From the NCBI GenBank assembly GCA_009695005.1, contig SIBU01000005.1, forward strand, positions 1 to 48,627: a stretch of 48,627 nucleotides of DNA, given 5' to 3'. The notes beneath the pieces are model-generated. The model worked only from the letters and a program-made list of their open reading frames with translations, was not told the origin of the DNA and made no database searches. The translations under genes and the position numbers were made by a program. This DNA is from Candidatus Tayloriibacteriota bacterium (GTDB lineage: Bacteria > Patescibacteriota > Minisyncoccia > Phycocordibacterales > SIBU01). This document shows positions 8,754-18,486 of the stretch, in pieces (within the stretch, counting starts at the first letter, position 1; every line of letters begins with the position of its first letter).

Positions 8754-9049
8754 GGGAAAACCAGATTGACATTCGAATGGATCAGCACCCCAGACTACAA
8801 AAAGATTGTTCGCGAAGTGCTCTGCGTCAAGATCAAAAAACCGCCACTACTGTTGGTTCCTAACCAAGCCTAGATACCATGTCTCATAGACGATAAAGCG
8901 GAAAACCTAATTATTATTCGAAATGGAAACCTAAATCCATTTCCACCGGAAACGCTTACTTTTGTGCGTTTTTTATTTAAAAAAGCACACTCATCTCGTG
9001 CTACAATTAAAATCGGTTAGTTCATCGTCAAACTCTCGCTTACACAAAT

Positions 9050-10036
9050 ATGAAAAATCTTCCTTTTGGTGCTTTCCGGAACGAAGAATCCGAGCAAGTA
9101 GAAACACTTTCATTCTTGAATAAATTCTTCACCTTCGCGGCGGTTTTTATACCGCCAACAGGAGTTCTCATAGCGATTATTCAGTGTTGGGGTTGGGGTG
9201 TTAATATCACCTGCCTCCTGCTTACCGGCCTCTTTTATTTCGTCACCGGTTTTGGCATCACGGTTGGATATCACCGCCTTTTCACTCACCGATCTTTTCA
9301 AGCCAAATCGTGGCTTCGTATTGCATTGGGTATTGCCGGTAGCATGGCTCTGGAAGGTTCGGTCTTTGACTGGACTACATGGCACGGCTGGCATCATGAT
9401 TACAGCGACACGGATAAGGACCAGCACTCCCCTCACCGAAACAGCAAGGGATTTCGGGGGAAGCTCAACGACTTCCTCCATGCTCATGTTGGATGGATAT
9501 TCCACACGTTACCGCCAAACGAAGTACTCAAACGCAAGTACATCCCACACCTCATCTCCGACCCTCTCATGGTATTTGTGAACAAATATTTTCCCCTGTG
9601 GGCTCTGCTTAGCTTGGCTCTGCCGACACTTCTGGGAGGACTTCTTGAGTGGTCATGGAAGGGGGCCTTTTTGGGATTTCTCTGGGGCGGACTGGTACGC
9701 ATCTTTCTTGTCCACCACATCACGTGGAGCATAAATTCAGTCTGTCACATATGGGGGAGACGTGAATACGGCACGGGAGACCAGAGCACAGATAACTGGT
9801 TTTGCAGAGTCTTTGGTCTGGGCGAAGGCGGACACTGTTACCATCATATGTGGCGTTACTCCGCGAGACACGGTTTCCGGTGGTGGGAATTCGACCCAAG
9901 TTACATCCTGATTAAAATTCTGGAAAAACTAGGTGCGGTTTCCAAACCACTCACTCCGAAACGCGAAGAAATTCTGAAAGAAATCGAGCGTTTCCGTTCC
10001 ATAAAAAACAAGCAATCGAACCGTCAACACAGATAA
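9050..10036 (+). CDS. Delta-9-type fatty acid (acyl-CoA/acyl-lipid) desaturase
   Basis: His boxes HRLFTH, HGWHH and EGGHCYHH; D.HSP motif, 'WSINSVCH', TM helices. Confidence 0.93.
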   Translation: MKNLPFGAFRNEESEQVETLSFLNKFFTFAAVFIPPTGVLIAIIQCWGWGVNITCLLLTGLFYFVTGFGITVGYHRLFTHRSFQAKSWLRIALGIAGSMALEGSVFDWTTWHGWHHDYSDTDKDQHSPHRNSKGFRGKLNDFLHAHVGWIFHTLPPNEVLKRKYIPHLISDPLMVFVNKYFPLWALLSLALPTLLGGLLEWSWKGAFLGFLWGGLVRIFLVHHITWSINSVCHIWGRREYGTGDQSTDNWFCRVFGLGEGGHCYHHMWRYSARHGFRWWEFDPSYILIKILEKLGAVSKPLTPKREEILKEIERFRSIKNKQSNRQHR

Positions 10037-10050
10037 TTGGCGGTTTTTTT
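10019..10050 (+). terminator. Rho-independent terminator overlapping the desaturase stop
   Basis: AACCGTCAA...TTGGCGGTT followed by a T-run. Confidence 0.55.
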
Positions 10051-10071
10051 ATTGATTGGTACAATGCAAAT

Positions 10072-11091
10072 GTGAAAAAATATATTCCATTCAACAATAC
10101 GTACCAGAAAGGCGGGGCTGGCATTTTTGTCATTCTACTGCTCGTAATTATTTCAAGCATAGTTTTTATCGTAAAAAGAAATGGTCTGGAAGGTGAAAAA
10201 GCATATGATACTCTGAAACGTACTGTATCAGAAAGTGAACTAGGAAAATTGCTCGGTATCGATAGCGCCTGCCGTTTCCCCATTCTTTGGAGCGCGGGAA
10301 GGATCGATTCGGGATTTAACGTGACGAAAGGCGAACTTGAAACGGCCGTTGAAAAAGCTTCTCTTCTTTGGGAAAAGTCCGTCGGCACAAAACTTTTCGA
10401 GGAAACTCCGACTGGTCCTCTAAAAATCGGATTGATTTACGACGAAAGACAAAAGGAAACAACGATGCTGGCTAAGCTTGGTCTTACGATAGACCAAAGT
10501 AAAGAATCTTTTACACGCCTGCAACAAGCCTACGACAATATGAAATCCGCATATATTGTCAAAAAAACATCATTTGGCGAAAAAATTGCTCAATTCCAAA
10601 GCAGAAGATTTGCCCTGGAAAAAGCCGTGGGGAGTTGGAATAAAAAAGACGGAGCGCCTGAAACAGAATATTCACGTCTACAACAAGAACAAGCTTCTCT
10701 ACAATCTTTATCTAAACAGCTCGAACAAGAACAGGCTAAGCTTAATAATGAAATCTTGGACATAAACAAATTGGGCGCAATCATCAATCAAACGGCGAAG
10801 GAATTGAACATTAAAGTTTCAGAGTACAACAGCGGAGGAGAAACCGTGAGAAATGTTTTTGAAGCCGGAGTTTACGAATCCGACCAAGCGGGAAAAAGAA
10901 TTTTCGTATATCAATTTGACGACAAAGATAAACTTTCGGGAGTATTGACCCACGAATTCGGTCACGCACTAGGTCTGGATCACAACGATGATCCCAAATC
11001 AATAATGTACAAACTAAACCAAGGTCAAGTGCAAGCAATAACAAAAACCGACGTCGAGGCTCTTAAATTAAGATGCCCAAATCTTAAATAA
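10072..11091 (+). CDS. Matrixin-family (M10) zinc metalloprotease with TM anchor and coiled-coil insert
   Basis: HEFGHALGLDH plus Met-turn SIM; N-terminal hydrophobic helix. Confidence 0.9.
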   Translation: MKKYIPFNNTYQKGGAGIFVILLLVIISSIVFIVKRNGLEGEKAYDTLKRTVSESELGKLLGIDSACRFPILWSAGRIDSGFNVTKGELETAVEKASLLWEKSVGTKLFEETPTGPLKIGLIYDERQKETTMLAKLGLTIDQSKESFTRLQQAYDNMKSAYIVKKTSFGEKIAQFQSRRFALEKAVGSWNKKDGAPETEYSRLQQEQASLQSLSKQLEQEQAKLNNEILDINKLGAIINQTAKELNIKVSEYNSGGETVRNVFEAGVYESDQAGKRIFVYQFDDKDKLSGVLTHEFGHALGLDHNDDPKSIMYKLNQGQVQAITKTDVEALKLRCPNLK

Positions 11092-11165
11092 TACAAATTG
11101 CTAATCTCTACAAATACGCAAATGGCGAAATACACAAAAGACTCTGCTTTGCATATTCGCAATCA

Positions 11166-12395
11166 TTAGTAATTCGTATTGAGCCGTGAAGCGGGAAATA
11201 CAACATCCCAAAGTTTTCCGGAGGGGTCGATTGGCTCGCCATACAAAGGCATGTGATGGAGATCAAGAAAAGGCAAGCTGTTACACTCTATAGCCCCACA
11301 AAGTTTTTGCTCAGTCCAAGGTTTTTCAATATCCTGCATTATAAAATCAACACCTACCAAAGGATCCCCTAATACCTTCACAAGCTTTTCAAACAACTTC
11401 ACATTTTCCGGATGTACATGTGGAAGCATTTCAGTGTTCGAACCACCCTGCCCTCTTCCAACTTTCTGATTAAGAGTTACAAACATGTTCTTCTCCGGCA
11501 CACTCTCCCATTTTAAACCCTGCCTTTTCAATTCTTCTACAGCTTCCGCATCCATCGGAATTTCATGAAAAACTCCATTATGTCTTTTAGGATTTTCATT
11601 TTCCTTTGTAACAAGTTCGCGAACAGTCGAAATACCGTTACCCATCACAAATGGTGGCTCTCGGCGAAGCGCTCCCGCCAGTTTTCCACCAATCAAAGTG
11701 ATTCTAAAAACAAATCCTTGGAGCTCTTCCTCAATCACTACCCATGGGCTAAGTTGTCGCGCCTTAAGAAAAGCCTTAAGGAAACTAACTTCGTCAGAGA
11801 GATGTGTTGTGGTGTGACGACTTCTTGATCCCAAGTTAGGTTTTGTAATCACGGGATGGTTCAAAAAATAAAACAATTTTTTTGCCCCAAGAATTGTCAT
11901 TGCCGTTCCACCTTTTGCCACAGGAATTCCACCTTTCTGGAATTTCTTCTTCATAATCCCTTTGTTATCCATCCACTCCAAGGACTCCCGACTTGCCCCC
12001 TTTGGTCTGGGCAATCCTTCGAAAATAATTTTTTGCCCACCAAACTCCGCCATAAAAATGATGGTTGGACGGTTAAAAATTCTAAATTGTTTCATCACAA
12101 TTCCCCGAGTAGTTGCCGCTTTCCAAATAAACTTGGTTCGGTCGATATTATCATCCTCCAACTTTTCTGTAATTCTACCCAATCGCAATAAAGATAAACC
12201 CTTAAAAAAATATGGCAAAAACGCCTCAAAGTGAGGCATAAAAACTGAAACTACGGCATCTTCCAGTTTAGCCAAAGGTCTGGTCATCACTCTAATCATG
12301 AAACCGATTATTAAAGTGGTTTTAGATACAACATGATTCACTGTGGCCGGCCCGCAGTCGGGACAGATTTTTTTATTTATTTGAGAATGAGACAT
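11166..12395 (-). CDS. ATP-grasp ligase (cyanophycin synthetase/GshAB ATP-grasp-like)
   Basis: PVITKP..GS, RREPPFVMGNG, GVDFI, IECNSLP; N-terminal CPDC. Confidence 0.85.
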   Translation of the reverse strand: MSHSQINKKICPDCGPATVNHVVSKTTLIIGFMIRVMTRPLAKLEDAVVSVFMPHFEAFLPYFFKGLSLLRLGRITEKLEDDNIDRTKFIWKAATTRGIVMKQFRIFNRPTIIFMAEFGGQKIIFEGLPRPKGASRESLEWMDNKGIMKKKFQKGGIPVAKGGTAMTILGAKKLFYFLNHPVITKPNLGSRSRHTTTHLSDEVSFLKAFLKARQLSPWVVIEEELQGFVFRITLIGGKLAGALRREPPFVMGNGISTVRELVTKENENPKRHNGVFHEIPMDAEAVEELKRQGLKWESVPEKNMFVTLNQKVGRGQGGSNTEMLPHVHPENVKLFEKLVKVLGDPLVGVDFIMQDIEKPWTEQKLCGAIECNSLPFLDLHHMPLYGEPIDPSGKLWDVVFPASRLNTNY

Positions 12396-12569
12396 GCAGT
12401 CTAGTCTAGCAAAAGTGACGAAAAAATCATAGGTATTCCCCTATCTTTTGGCCGTTATTTAAAGGAAATAATCATAAAACTGTTACAGAATCTGAATCCA
12501 GCTACCGAGTTGATTAAAAATTGACAATATGCTTAAATATAGCTTCACGAAGCGGTACCAAGTATAAAA

Positions 12570-13085
12570 GTGGCATACGAACCTAGAATACGAATAAATC
12601 ACCAAATCCGCTCAGCGGAACTTAGAGTTATTGGTGATGAGGGCCAAAACTATGGAGTTATAAACCTTCAAGAAGCTTTGAAAAAAGCCCAGGAGCTGGG
12701 CCTTGATTTGATAGAAATATCACCCAATGCCAAGCCTCCGGTAGCCAAAATAATGGATTTTGGCAAGTATCAGTACGCCGAAAACAAAAAGCAAAAGGCT
12801 GCAAAAGCCAAATCGCACGTCACTGAAGTAAAGAGTATTCAAGTGAAAGTGGGCACTGGCGAACATGACCTCGCCCTCAAGGCCAAACAGGCTTCAGAGT
12901 GGCTTAAGGACGGTCATCGAGTACGCGTCAACCTTTTTCTTACAGGTAGAGCAAAATACATGGAAATGAAATTTTTCCAGGAAAGAATCGAGAGGGTTTT
13001 AAAACTTATTACCGAACAATATAAAATTAGTGACACCGCAAAAAAAGGTCCAAAAGGAGTATCACTTATGATTGAGAAAGCTTAA
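12570..13085 (+). CDS. infC: Translation initiation factor IF-3
   Basis: RINHQIR, LDLIEISPNAKPPVAKIMDFGKY. Confidence 0.97.
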   Translation: MAYEPRIRINHQIRSAELRVIGDEGQNYGVINLQEALKKAQELGLDLIEISPNAKPPVAKIMDFGKYQYAENKKQKAAKAKSHVTEVKSIQVKVGTGEHDLALKAKQASEWLKDGHRVRVNLFLTGRAKYMEMKFFQERIERVLKLITEQYKISDTAKKGPKGVSLMIEKA

Positions 13086-13089
13086 ATTT

Positions 13090-13269
13090 ATGAAAACAAA
13101 CAAATCATTTTCAAAACGACTTAAAGTTAGCAAGAACGGTAAAATTACCGCTCGCAAAGCCGGACAAAACCATTTTAACGCCAAGGAGTCAGGACGTGGA
13201 CAGCAAAACAGGAACCGTTCGGTACCAATCCACATGACCAAAGGAGCGATAGCAAGATTTTTACCATAA
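13090..13269 (+). CDS. rpmI: 50S ribosomal protein L35
   Basis: MKTNKSFSKRLKVSKNGK..H..AK; lies between infC and rplT. Confidence 0.92.
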   Translation: MKTNKSFSKRLKVSKNGKITARKAGQNHFNAKESGRGQQNRNRSVPIHMTKGAIARFLP

Positions 13270-13366
13270 TTATTAAGAATAAAAGAGTACAGAAGTAAGA
13301 GTCTAGTATGATTCCGAAAATTTTGGAAAACTAAACCCTCCTCCCCGTACCTTAAACCCCAATCCC

Positions 13367-13708
13367 ATGACCCGAGTCAAAAAAGCAGTAAACGCATTAA
13401 AGTCTCGCAAGAATATGTTGCGAAAGGTGAAAGGCTACCGTTTCGGTCGCTCCACCAAAGAGAAGATGGCTCAAGAAGCTATCTTTCACGCTGGTTCTTA
13501 TTCTTTCGCACACAGACGAGATAAGAAAAATGACTTCCGCAAATTGTGGACCGTCAAAATCAATGCCGCCCTCGGTGACACCATTTCGTACAGCAAGTTC
13601 ATGGGTGCAATGAAAAAGAAAAACATCGCCATCGACCGCAAAATTCTCGCCGAATTTGCAGAACATTCTCCCGAAACATTTAAGAAAATCCTAGCTCAGG
13701 TAGCATAG
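13367..13708 (+). CDS. rplT: 50S ribosomal protein L20
   Basis: MTRVK, KGYRFGRS, FRKLWTVKINAA, IDRKILAE. Confidence 0.97.
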   Translation: MTRVKKAVNALKSRKNMLRKVKGYRFGRSTKEKMAQEAIFHAGSYSFAHRRDKKNDFRKLWTVKINAALGDTISYSKFMGAMKKKNIAIDRKILAEFAEHSPETFKKILAQVA

Positions 13709-13739
13709 ATAGATTTAAATGATAGATTCATGATTCAAG

Positions 13740-13766
13740 AAAAGGCCCCGAGATAGGGGCTTTTTT
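13740..13766 (+). terminator. Bidirectional terminator
   Basis: AAAAGGCCCC-GAGATA-GGGGCTTTTTT between convergent genes. Confidence 0.8.
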
Positions 13767-13909
13767 GATGTCTTACGAACATTAACAAACATATTGCTCC
13801 CACCGCTTTAACAGGCAAATAACGAATTGACTCTAAATTGTCTAGCTCTTGGTATTCCAAATCCCACATCACACCACTTGAAGATACGTAACTACCTTTT
13901 ATTTTCATT

Positions 13910-15286
13910 TTAAATAAGTTCCACTCTCTCCCCCAATTCCGGATGCCTTGCCTCTACACCAAGATATTCGCGTAAACGTTGAACCAAAAATAGAGCTGAT
14001 TTTGGCTCGCCCATAACGGCAAAAACTTTTATTTTTGGATTGCTCTTAGCAGCCGTTTCCACAAACTCCACAAGATGATCGGAATCTTTATGGGATGAGT
14101 AACCGGAAATCGTTTCAATATGAGCACGAACAGAGACTTTTTGGCCGTTTATATGAACCTCCTTAACACCATCCTGCAACTGACGTCCCAAAGTGCCAGC
14201 CGCTTGATAACCAACGAGAAGCAACGTGTTTTGAGCTCCAGGAAGGTAGTTTATTTCATGGTGCAACACTCGCCCGCCGTTGGACATCCCAGAACCTGCA
14301 ATTACAATCTTTGGCGGAGGAACGTGCAATATCGCTTTTGATTCTTCCGAATGAACAACATGTTTCAGTCTTGGAAATTTGAAAATGTTTGGACCTTCGG
14401 AAAGAGCGGCGGAATTAAAATCTTTTTTCATACTTTGATAAACTTTTGTAATTTCTATAGCCAGAGGTGAGTCCAAAAACACGGGCAAGCTTGGAATAGC
14501 ATGTTGCTCTTCCAATTCATGGAATTCGTACAAAAGCGTTTGAGTTTTCTCCAATGAAAATGTCGGGATAACCAAAGTGCCTTTACGATTTGCGGTTTCA
14601 ACGATAACATCTTTCAAATGCTTTCGTCGTGAATCCCTATCCTCATGATTTCTATCACCGTATACACTTTCCATAACCAAATAATCAGCATCCGTGATAG
14701 TTTCAGTATCTTTCAAAAGCGGAGTCGGTGAATTACCCAAATCACCTGTAAAAACAATTTTTCGCGTTTCAAAGTCAGAATCTAAGAATGATATTTCATA
14801 CATGGCCGAACCGAGAACATGTCCCGCATCCTTCAAATAAACACTGACTCCTTCTACCAACTGTCGATTTTCATGATAAGGAATGTCGCTCCAAAGAGCT
14901 AAAGTTGCTGACACATCCCTCCGTTCATATAAAGGGAGAGTACCGTTCTGACGACATTCATCTTCAATCAACTTAAGAGCATCCTCAAGCATAATACTAA
15001 CCAGTGCGTGAGTTTCAGGAGTGCTATGGATTTTCCCCTTAAAACCACCGGCCACAAGACGCGGAATTCGGCCAATATGATCAATGTGAGCATGAGTAAC
15101 CAAAAGAAAATCAATTGTAGAAGGATCATAAAGAAAAGATCTGCGATTTTCTTCATCAGCAAAACGAGAACCTTGGACCATACCACAGTCTATAAGAATT
15201 TTTTTACCTGAAGTTTCAAGCAGAAAATTTGCCCCAGTAACACTTCCCACCCCTCCGCAAAAAGTAAGTGCAGTAGAATTAGACAT
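13910..15286 (-). CDS. MBL-fold beta-CASP RNase (Ysh1/CPSF-like)
   Basis: THAHIDHIG, AGHVLGSA, TGDLG, ESVYG, YSSH. Confidence 0.93.
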   Translation of the reverse strand: MSNSTALTFCGGVGSVTGANFLLETSGKKILIDCGMVQGSRFADEENRRSFLYDPSTIDFLLVTHAHIDHIGRIPRLVAGGFKGKIHSTPETHALVSIMLEDALKLIEDECRQNGTLPLYERRDVSATLALWSDIPYHENRQLVEGVSVYLKDAGHVLGSAMYEISFLDSDFETRKIVFTGDLGNSPTPLLKDTETITDADYLVMESVYGDRNHEDRDSRRKHLKDVIVETANRKGTLVIPTFSLEKTQTLLYEFHELEEQHAIPSLPVFLDSPLAIEITKVYQSMKKDFNSAALSEGPNIFKFPRLKHVVHSEESKAILHVPPPKIVIAGSGMSNGGRVLHHEINYLPGAQNTLLLVGYQAAGTLGRQLQDGVKEVHINGQKVSVRAHIETISGYSSHKDSDHLVEFVETAAKSNPKIKVFAVMGEPKSALFLVQRLREYLGVEARHPELGERVELI

Positions 15287-15291
15287 AATAT

Positions 15292-15699
15292 TTACATAGT
15301 TAATCTTTTATTTTTAATAGCAACCAAAACATGAGCTAAATATCCGCCCAGCATATCCACTATCAAATCTTTAACAGTATCTAAAGGATAACTTCCGATA
15401 GTGTTGAATGTAATTCCAGAAAAATACTCGAATATTTCCCAAGCAACCCCAAAAACAAAAGATCCTGCGACTGCCATAAAAAGAACAGTAGTTCTTCTCG
15501 GCACCCTTTTTCCAATCAAAATCAACGGATAAAATGACCACAGAGTCAGCGACGCCAAGCAAAAGCCACCAACAAAATGCAGGGGTATATCAAACCACCA
15601 ATAATATGAATACAAAAAAAGAGTCATAGCAGAAAAATGAAAAACGGCAATAAAAACAGCCGAGAGAAAGGTACATCGAAGTATGAATTGACGAATCAT
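15292..15699 (-). CDS. Small integral membrane protein (VanZ/DUF2238-like)
   Basis: D..LHF.GG, WEIFE, DT..DL..D; about 4 TM helices. Confidence 0.75.
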   Translation of the reverse strand: MIRQFILRCTFLSAVFIAVFHFSAMTLFLYSYYWWFDIPLHFVGGFCLASLTLWSFYPLILIGKRVPRRTTVLFMAVAGSFVFGVAWEIFEYFSGITFNTIGSYPLDTVKDLIVDMLGGYLAHVLVAIKNKRLTM

Positions 15700-15782
15700 A
15701 ACTTAAAGTATACTAGATAAAAGATTAATTCGATACAAAATCCGCACTGATTCTGGAAACAAATTAGAATGGAAAAGAAATC

Positions 15783-16079
15783 TTAAAGCAAAAAACCGTC
15801 CAAGGAAGGATCGGTATTTTGCTTAGGGCTACCAAGATATTTCCCTAAGTAATACTTAGGTGGGTGACCGCAATTACATCTGTCAGAACGCTTCTCGCTG
15901 TCTCGAAATGTTAAAATATCGGGACATCGAGAAGCGCTCATCGTGACGTAACAATGTAAGTCTCCCTGTTTAAATGTTATAGAGTAAATATCAAAAGTAA
16001 CCCTACAATCAATTGTACGCCGAGGTTTTAGTTCCGCAATATGCACAACATACTCCGACACAAAAATGCTTTGATGCAC
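15783..16079 (-). CDS. Hypothetical protein (Cys/His-containing)
   Basis: 98-aa ORF with GGAGG 7 nt upstream of the GTG start; no homology recognised. Confidence 0.35.
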   Translation of the reverse strand: MHQSIFVSEYVVHIAELKPRRTIDCRVTFDIYSITFKQGDLHCYVTMSASRCPDILTFRDSEKRSDRCNCGHPPKYYLGKYLGSPKQNTDPSLDGFLL

Positions 16080-16482
16080 AACTACGCCTCCGAAACGATT
16101 AGTAAACTACAAGTAAAAACGCCATCCTCATAAAATAGCGTTTTTACTTATCGGTCGCAGTAGCGAGTTGTGCCATACATTTAATATAGGTGGAACTGTA
16201 AGTGTAATCCAGAGATTACAACAATAACGGTGTTCCTTTTAAATTTATTTAATTTAAGATGGACAACCGCGAGTGAACCTTATACAAACAATACATCTGC
16301 AAGCCGATTTGTAAAGTTTAGAAGGTTTAAAAACCTGTTAGCAAGCTTCTAACAACCTGGGGAAAACGAGGGATAACTTTTGAACATGAACTTAAAGGCT
16401 GAAAAGTATTAACTTTGACTTTGACTTTGAAATATTTTCAATTACGTAACCTTGCTATTACTTTACTCCATTTAGTAAAAAA

Positions 16483-17088
16483 TTACTTCAATAAACCACC
16501 CAAGTTTACATCGTAGAGAATTCTTTCTTGAACCAAAGTATAATCGATAATTTCCTCTTTCTTGAACCAATGAGTAATTTCCATTTCTGCCTCTGCAGAA
16601 GAACCTGAAGCATGGATAAGGTTGCGCACCGCTCGTTTATCCGTATCCGCCATTTGATATGAGTCGAGCACAAAATCTCCTCGAATAGTTCCAACGCCTG
16701 AGGTCAGTGGTTCCGTGCCCCCGGTGATTTTTCTAGAAATTGCAACGGCATGAGCTCCCTCCCAAACCATAGCTATTACAGGTCCACTTGTCATGAATTT
16801 TCGGAGACTTTCCAAAACCACCTTACCCAATTTAACTGGATCATTTGATGGTGCTTTCAAACCTTTTTTCAAATACGCTTCAATGCTTTTCTCGCCAACA
16901 TTCCTGAGCCAGCTCGGATCGAGAGTGTAGTGTATTTCAACATGTTTATCTGTTGGAACAAGCATTTTAAGTGCCACAAGCTTAAGCCCTACGCGTTCAT
17001 AACGCTTTACAATTTCACCGACAAGGGTTCGCTGTATTCCGTCTGGCTTGATAACAACAAGAGTTCGTTCATTTTTTAAATGTTTCAT
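16483..17088 (-). CDS. ndk: Nucleoside diphosphate kinase
   Basis: ERTLVVIKPDG, GTIRGDF, NLIHASGS. Confidence 0.96.
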   Translation of the reverse strand: MKHLKNERTLVVIKPDGIQRTLVGEIVKRYERVGLKLVALKMLVPTDKHVEIHYTLDPSWLRNVGEKSIEAYLKKGLKAPSNDPVKLGKVVLESLRKFMTSGPVIAMVWEGAHAVAISRKITGGTEPLTSGVGTIRGDFVLDSYQMADTDKRAVRNLIHASGSSAEAEMEITHWFKKEEIIDYTLVQERILYDVNLGGLLK

Positions 17089-17147
17089 ACTAATGTAATT
17101 AAGTTAATAGCCCACAGCTTATAGCTTTTGAAAGAAAAAAGCAATTT

Positions 17148-17474
17148 CTATAACCCTAATAATATTTTCAATTTTTTATCGACATCCTTAATAAAAACTG
17201 CCTCTACCATGCCGAGCTCACCAAGTATGATTTTCTTTTGCAAGGTTGCAAGGTGGTCAAGCTTAATTATCGAATCGACAACAAGTCCGTTCTGTTTTGA
17301 AAAGACGACCGGCACATCAAATTCATATGACTTCTCTCTCTGTGTTGAGGTGATAAACGCGACGACACAATTTTCACCTTTCAGGGAACTAAAAAGTATC
17401 AATGCAGGTCTTACTTTTTGGCCGGACAAATCGGTAAACGGAAAAGGAACAAGTACAATTACTCCCTTACGCAT
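17148..17474 (-). CDS. PemK/MazF-family toxin
   Basis: GVIVLVPFPFTDLSGQKVRPALIL, ITS, GL..DS. Confidence 0.92.
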   Translation of the reverse strand: MRKGVIVLVPFPFTDLSGQKVRPALILFSSLKGENCVVAFITSTQREKSYEFDVPVVFSKQNGLVVDSIIKLDHLATLQKKIILGELGMVEAVFIKDVDKKLKILLGL

Positions 17475-17718
17475 ATTTTTTCTTTAGATCAGACAACGAA
17501 TATAAATCGGGTTCACCTTTCAAAAAATCGAAGCTTTTTGAGTACGCATTGATATTGGTGATATCATTCACCGCGCTGTTATACATTTCCGGAAATTTAA
17601 GCACAACCGCATCAATCGAATCGCGACGACCGATGCCGAACACTTCGCCGTGGTATTTTACTCGGTCTATAATGGCACTTATGTTCTTTCGAGCATTTGT
17701 AGTGGTTACTATCTTCAT
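17467..17718 (-). CDS. Antitoxin with Phd/YefM-like N-terminus
   Basis: MKIVTTTNARKNISAIIDRV...GRR; overlaps the toxin start by 8 nt. Confidence 0.8.
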   Translation of the reverse strand: MKIVTTTNARKNISAIIDRVKYHGEVFGIGRRDSIDAVVLKFPEMYNSAVNDITNINAYSKSFDFLKGEPDLYSLSDLKKKYA

Positions 17719-17719
17719 T

Positions 17720-17734
17720 TGTACATATTGTACA
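17720..17734. promoter_or_regulatory. Probable TA operator, TGTACA-tat-TGTACA, overlapping the -10 box (TACAAT)
   Basis: Two palindromic hexamers immediately upstream of the antitoxin ATG. Confidence 0.6.
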
Positions 17735-17834
17735 CAATGTGACTTTTTATGCAAGCGATAGCATAAACCTCACTTCCTAGTTTTCTTTACCAAATATCAA
17801 AGCAAGTCAAAAAAACCTCGCCGTGCCTCATCAA

Positions 17835-18473
17835 CTAGAAATCCTTAAAATCCGGAGGGATGTATATCTTCTTCCTGCTTCCAGAGCTAGATCTTTCCAC
17901 CTTGTCTTTAAAAATCTTCTCCGCCATTGGACTAATTTTTTCACCATCTTTCTGATCAGAAGTTCGCCCTACAACACTTTCCCTTGACTCTGGAGTTCCC
18001 ACAACCATGCGCACAAGCCGCAATTCTTCTGCCGTATAGTCGTCCGGGCCAACCGGGATAAACTGCCCGTCAACTTTTATCTCAACTGGAACGGTACGGT
18101 ACGCTTTTGTTTCAATCGTGCTTCCTTTGTTTACCGACCCACCTTTCAAAATTATAATTTCTAACGCCCTCGCTACAATACGTTTATCCTGACCTTCCGC
18201 CGGAAAATTTCCTGTATGAATATTATGACGATACTCTGCAAGTAGAGCGCGATCTACAGACATGTAGCCTTTTTGCGCCTCAATTTGCTTATCCGGACCG
18301 CCTACTTGCTCCGCATCATTCCTATTGTCCTTCGAGCATGCCTCCCCCGCCAAAGCGGTAAATACTACGGCCCCGAGCATAGTGGCTTTTTGGAGCTTTT
18401 CTTTAAAACTCTCAGCCGATTTTTCGGCCAGCATACCACCATTCGACACTTTAAACTCTGGATTCTCAAGCAT
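17835..18473 (-). CDS. Hypothetical exported/lipoprotein-like protein
   Basis: Charged N-terminal extension, then a hydrophobic stretch ending in Cys (LGAVVFTALAGEAC). Confidence 0.7.
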   Translation of the reverse strand: MLENPEFKVSNGGMLAEKSAESFKEKLQKATMLGAVVFTALAGEACSKDNRNDAEQVGGPDKQIEAQKGYMSVDRALLAEYRHNIHTGNFPAEGQDKRIVARALEIIILKGGSVNKGSTIETKAYRTVPVEIKVDGQFIPVGPDDYTAEELRLVRMVVGTPESRESVVGRTSDQKDGEKISPMAEKIFKDKVERSSSGSRKKIYIPPDFKDF

Positions 18474-18486
18474 TTTTTTTATTAAG

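Noticed and set aside
8766-8873. 35-codon TTG ORF after the csp terminator
   Set aside because: Weak start, no motif and no promoter support.
11166-12395. Full cyanophycin synthetase (cphA)
   Set aside because: Only 409 aa and lacks the Mur-ligase half, so it is called only an ATP-grasp enzyme.
16413-16430. (CTTTGA)x3 microrepeat
   Set aside because: Too short to support a function; it may be a fragment of the periodic intergenic repeats.
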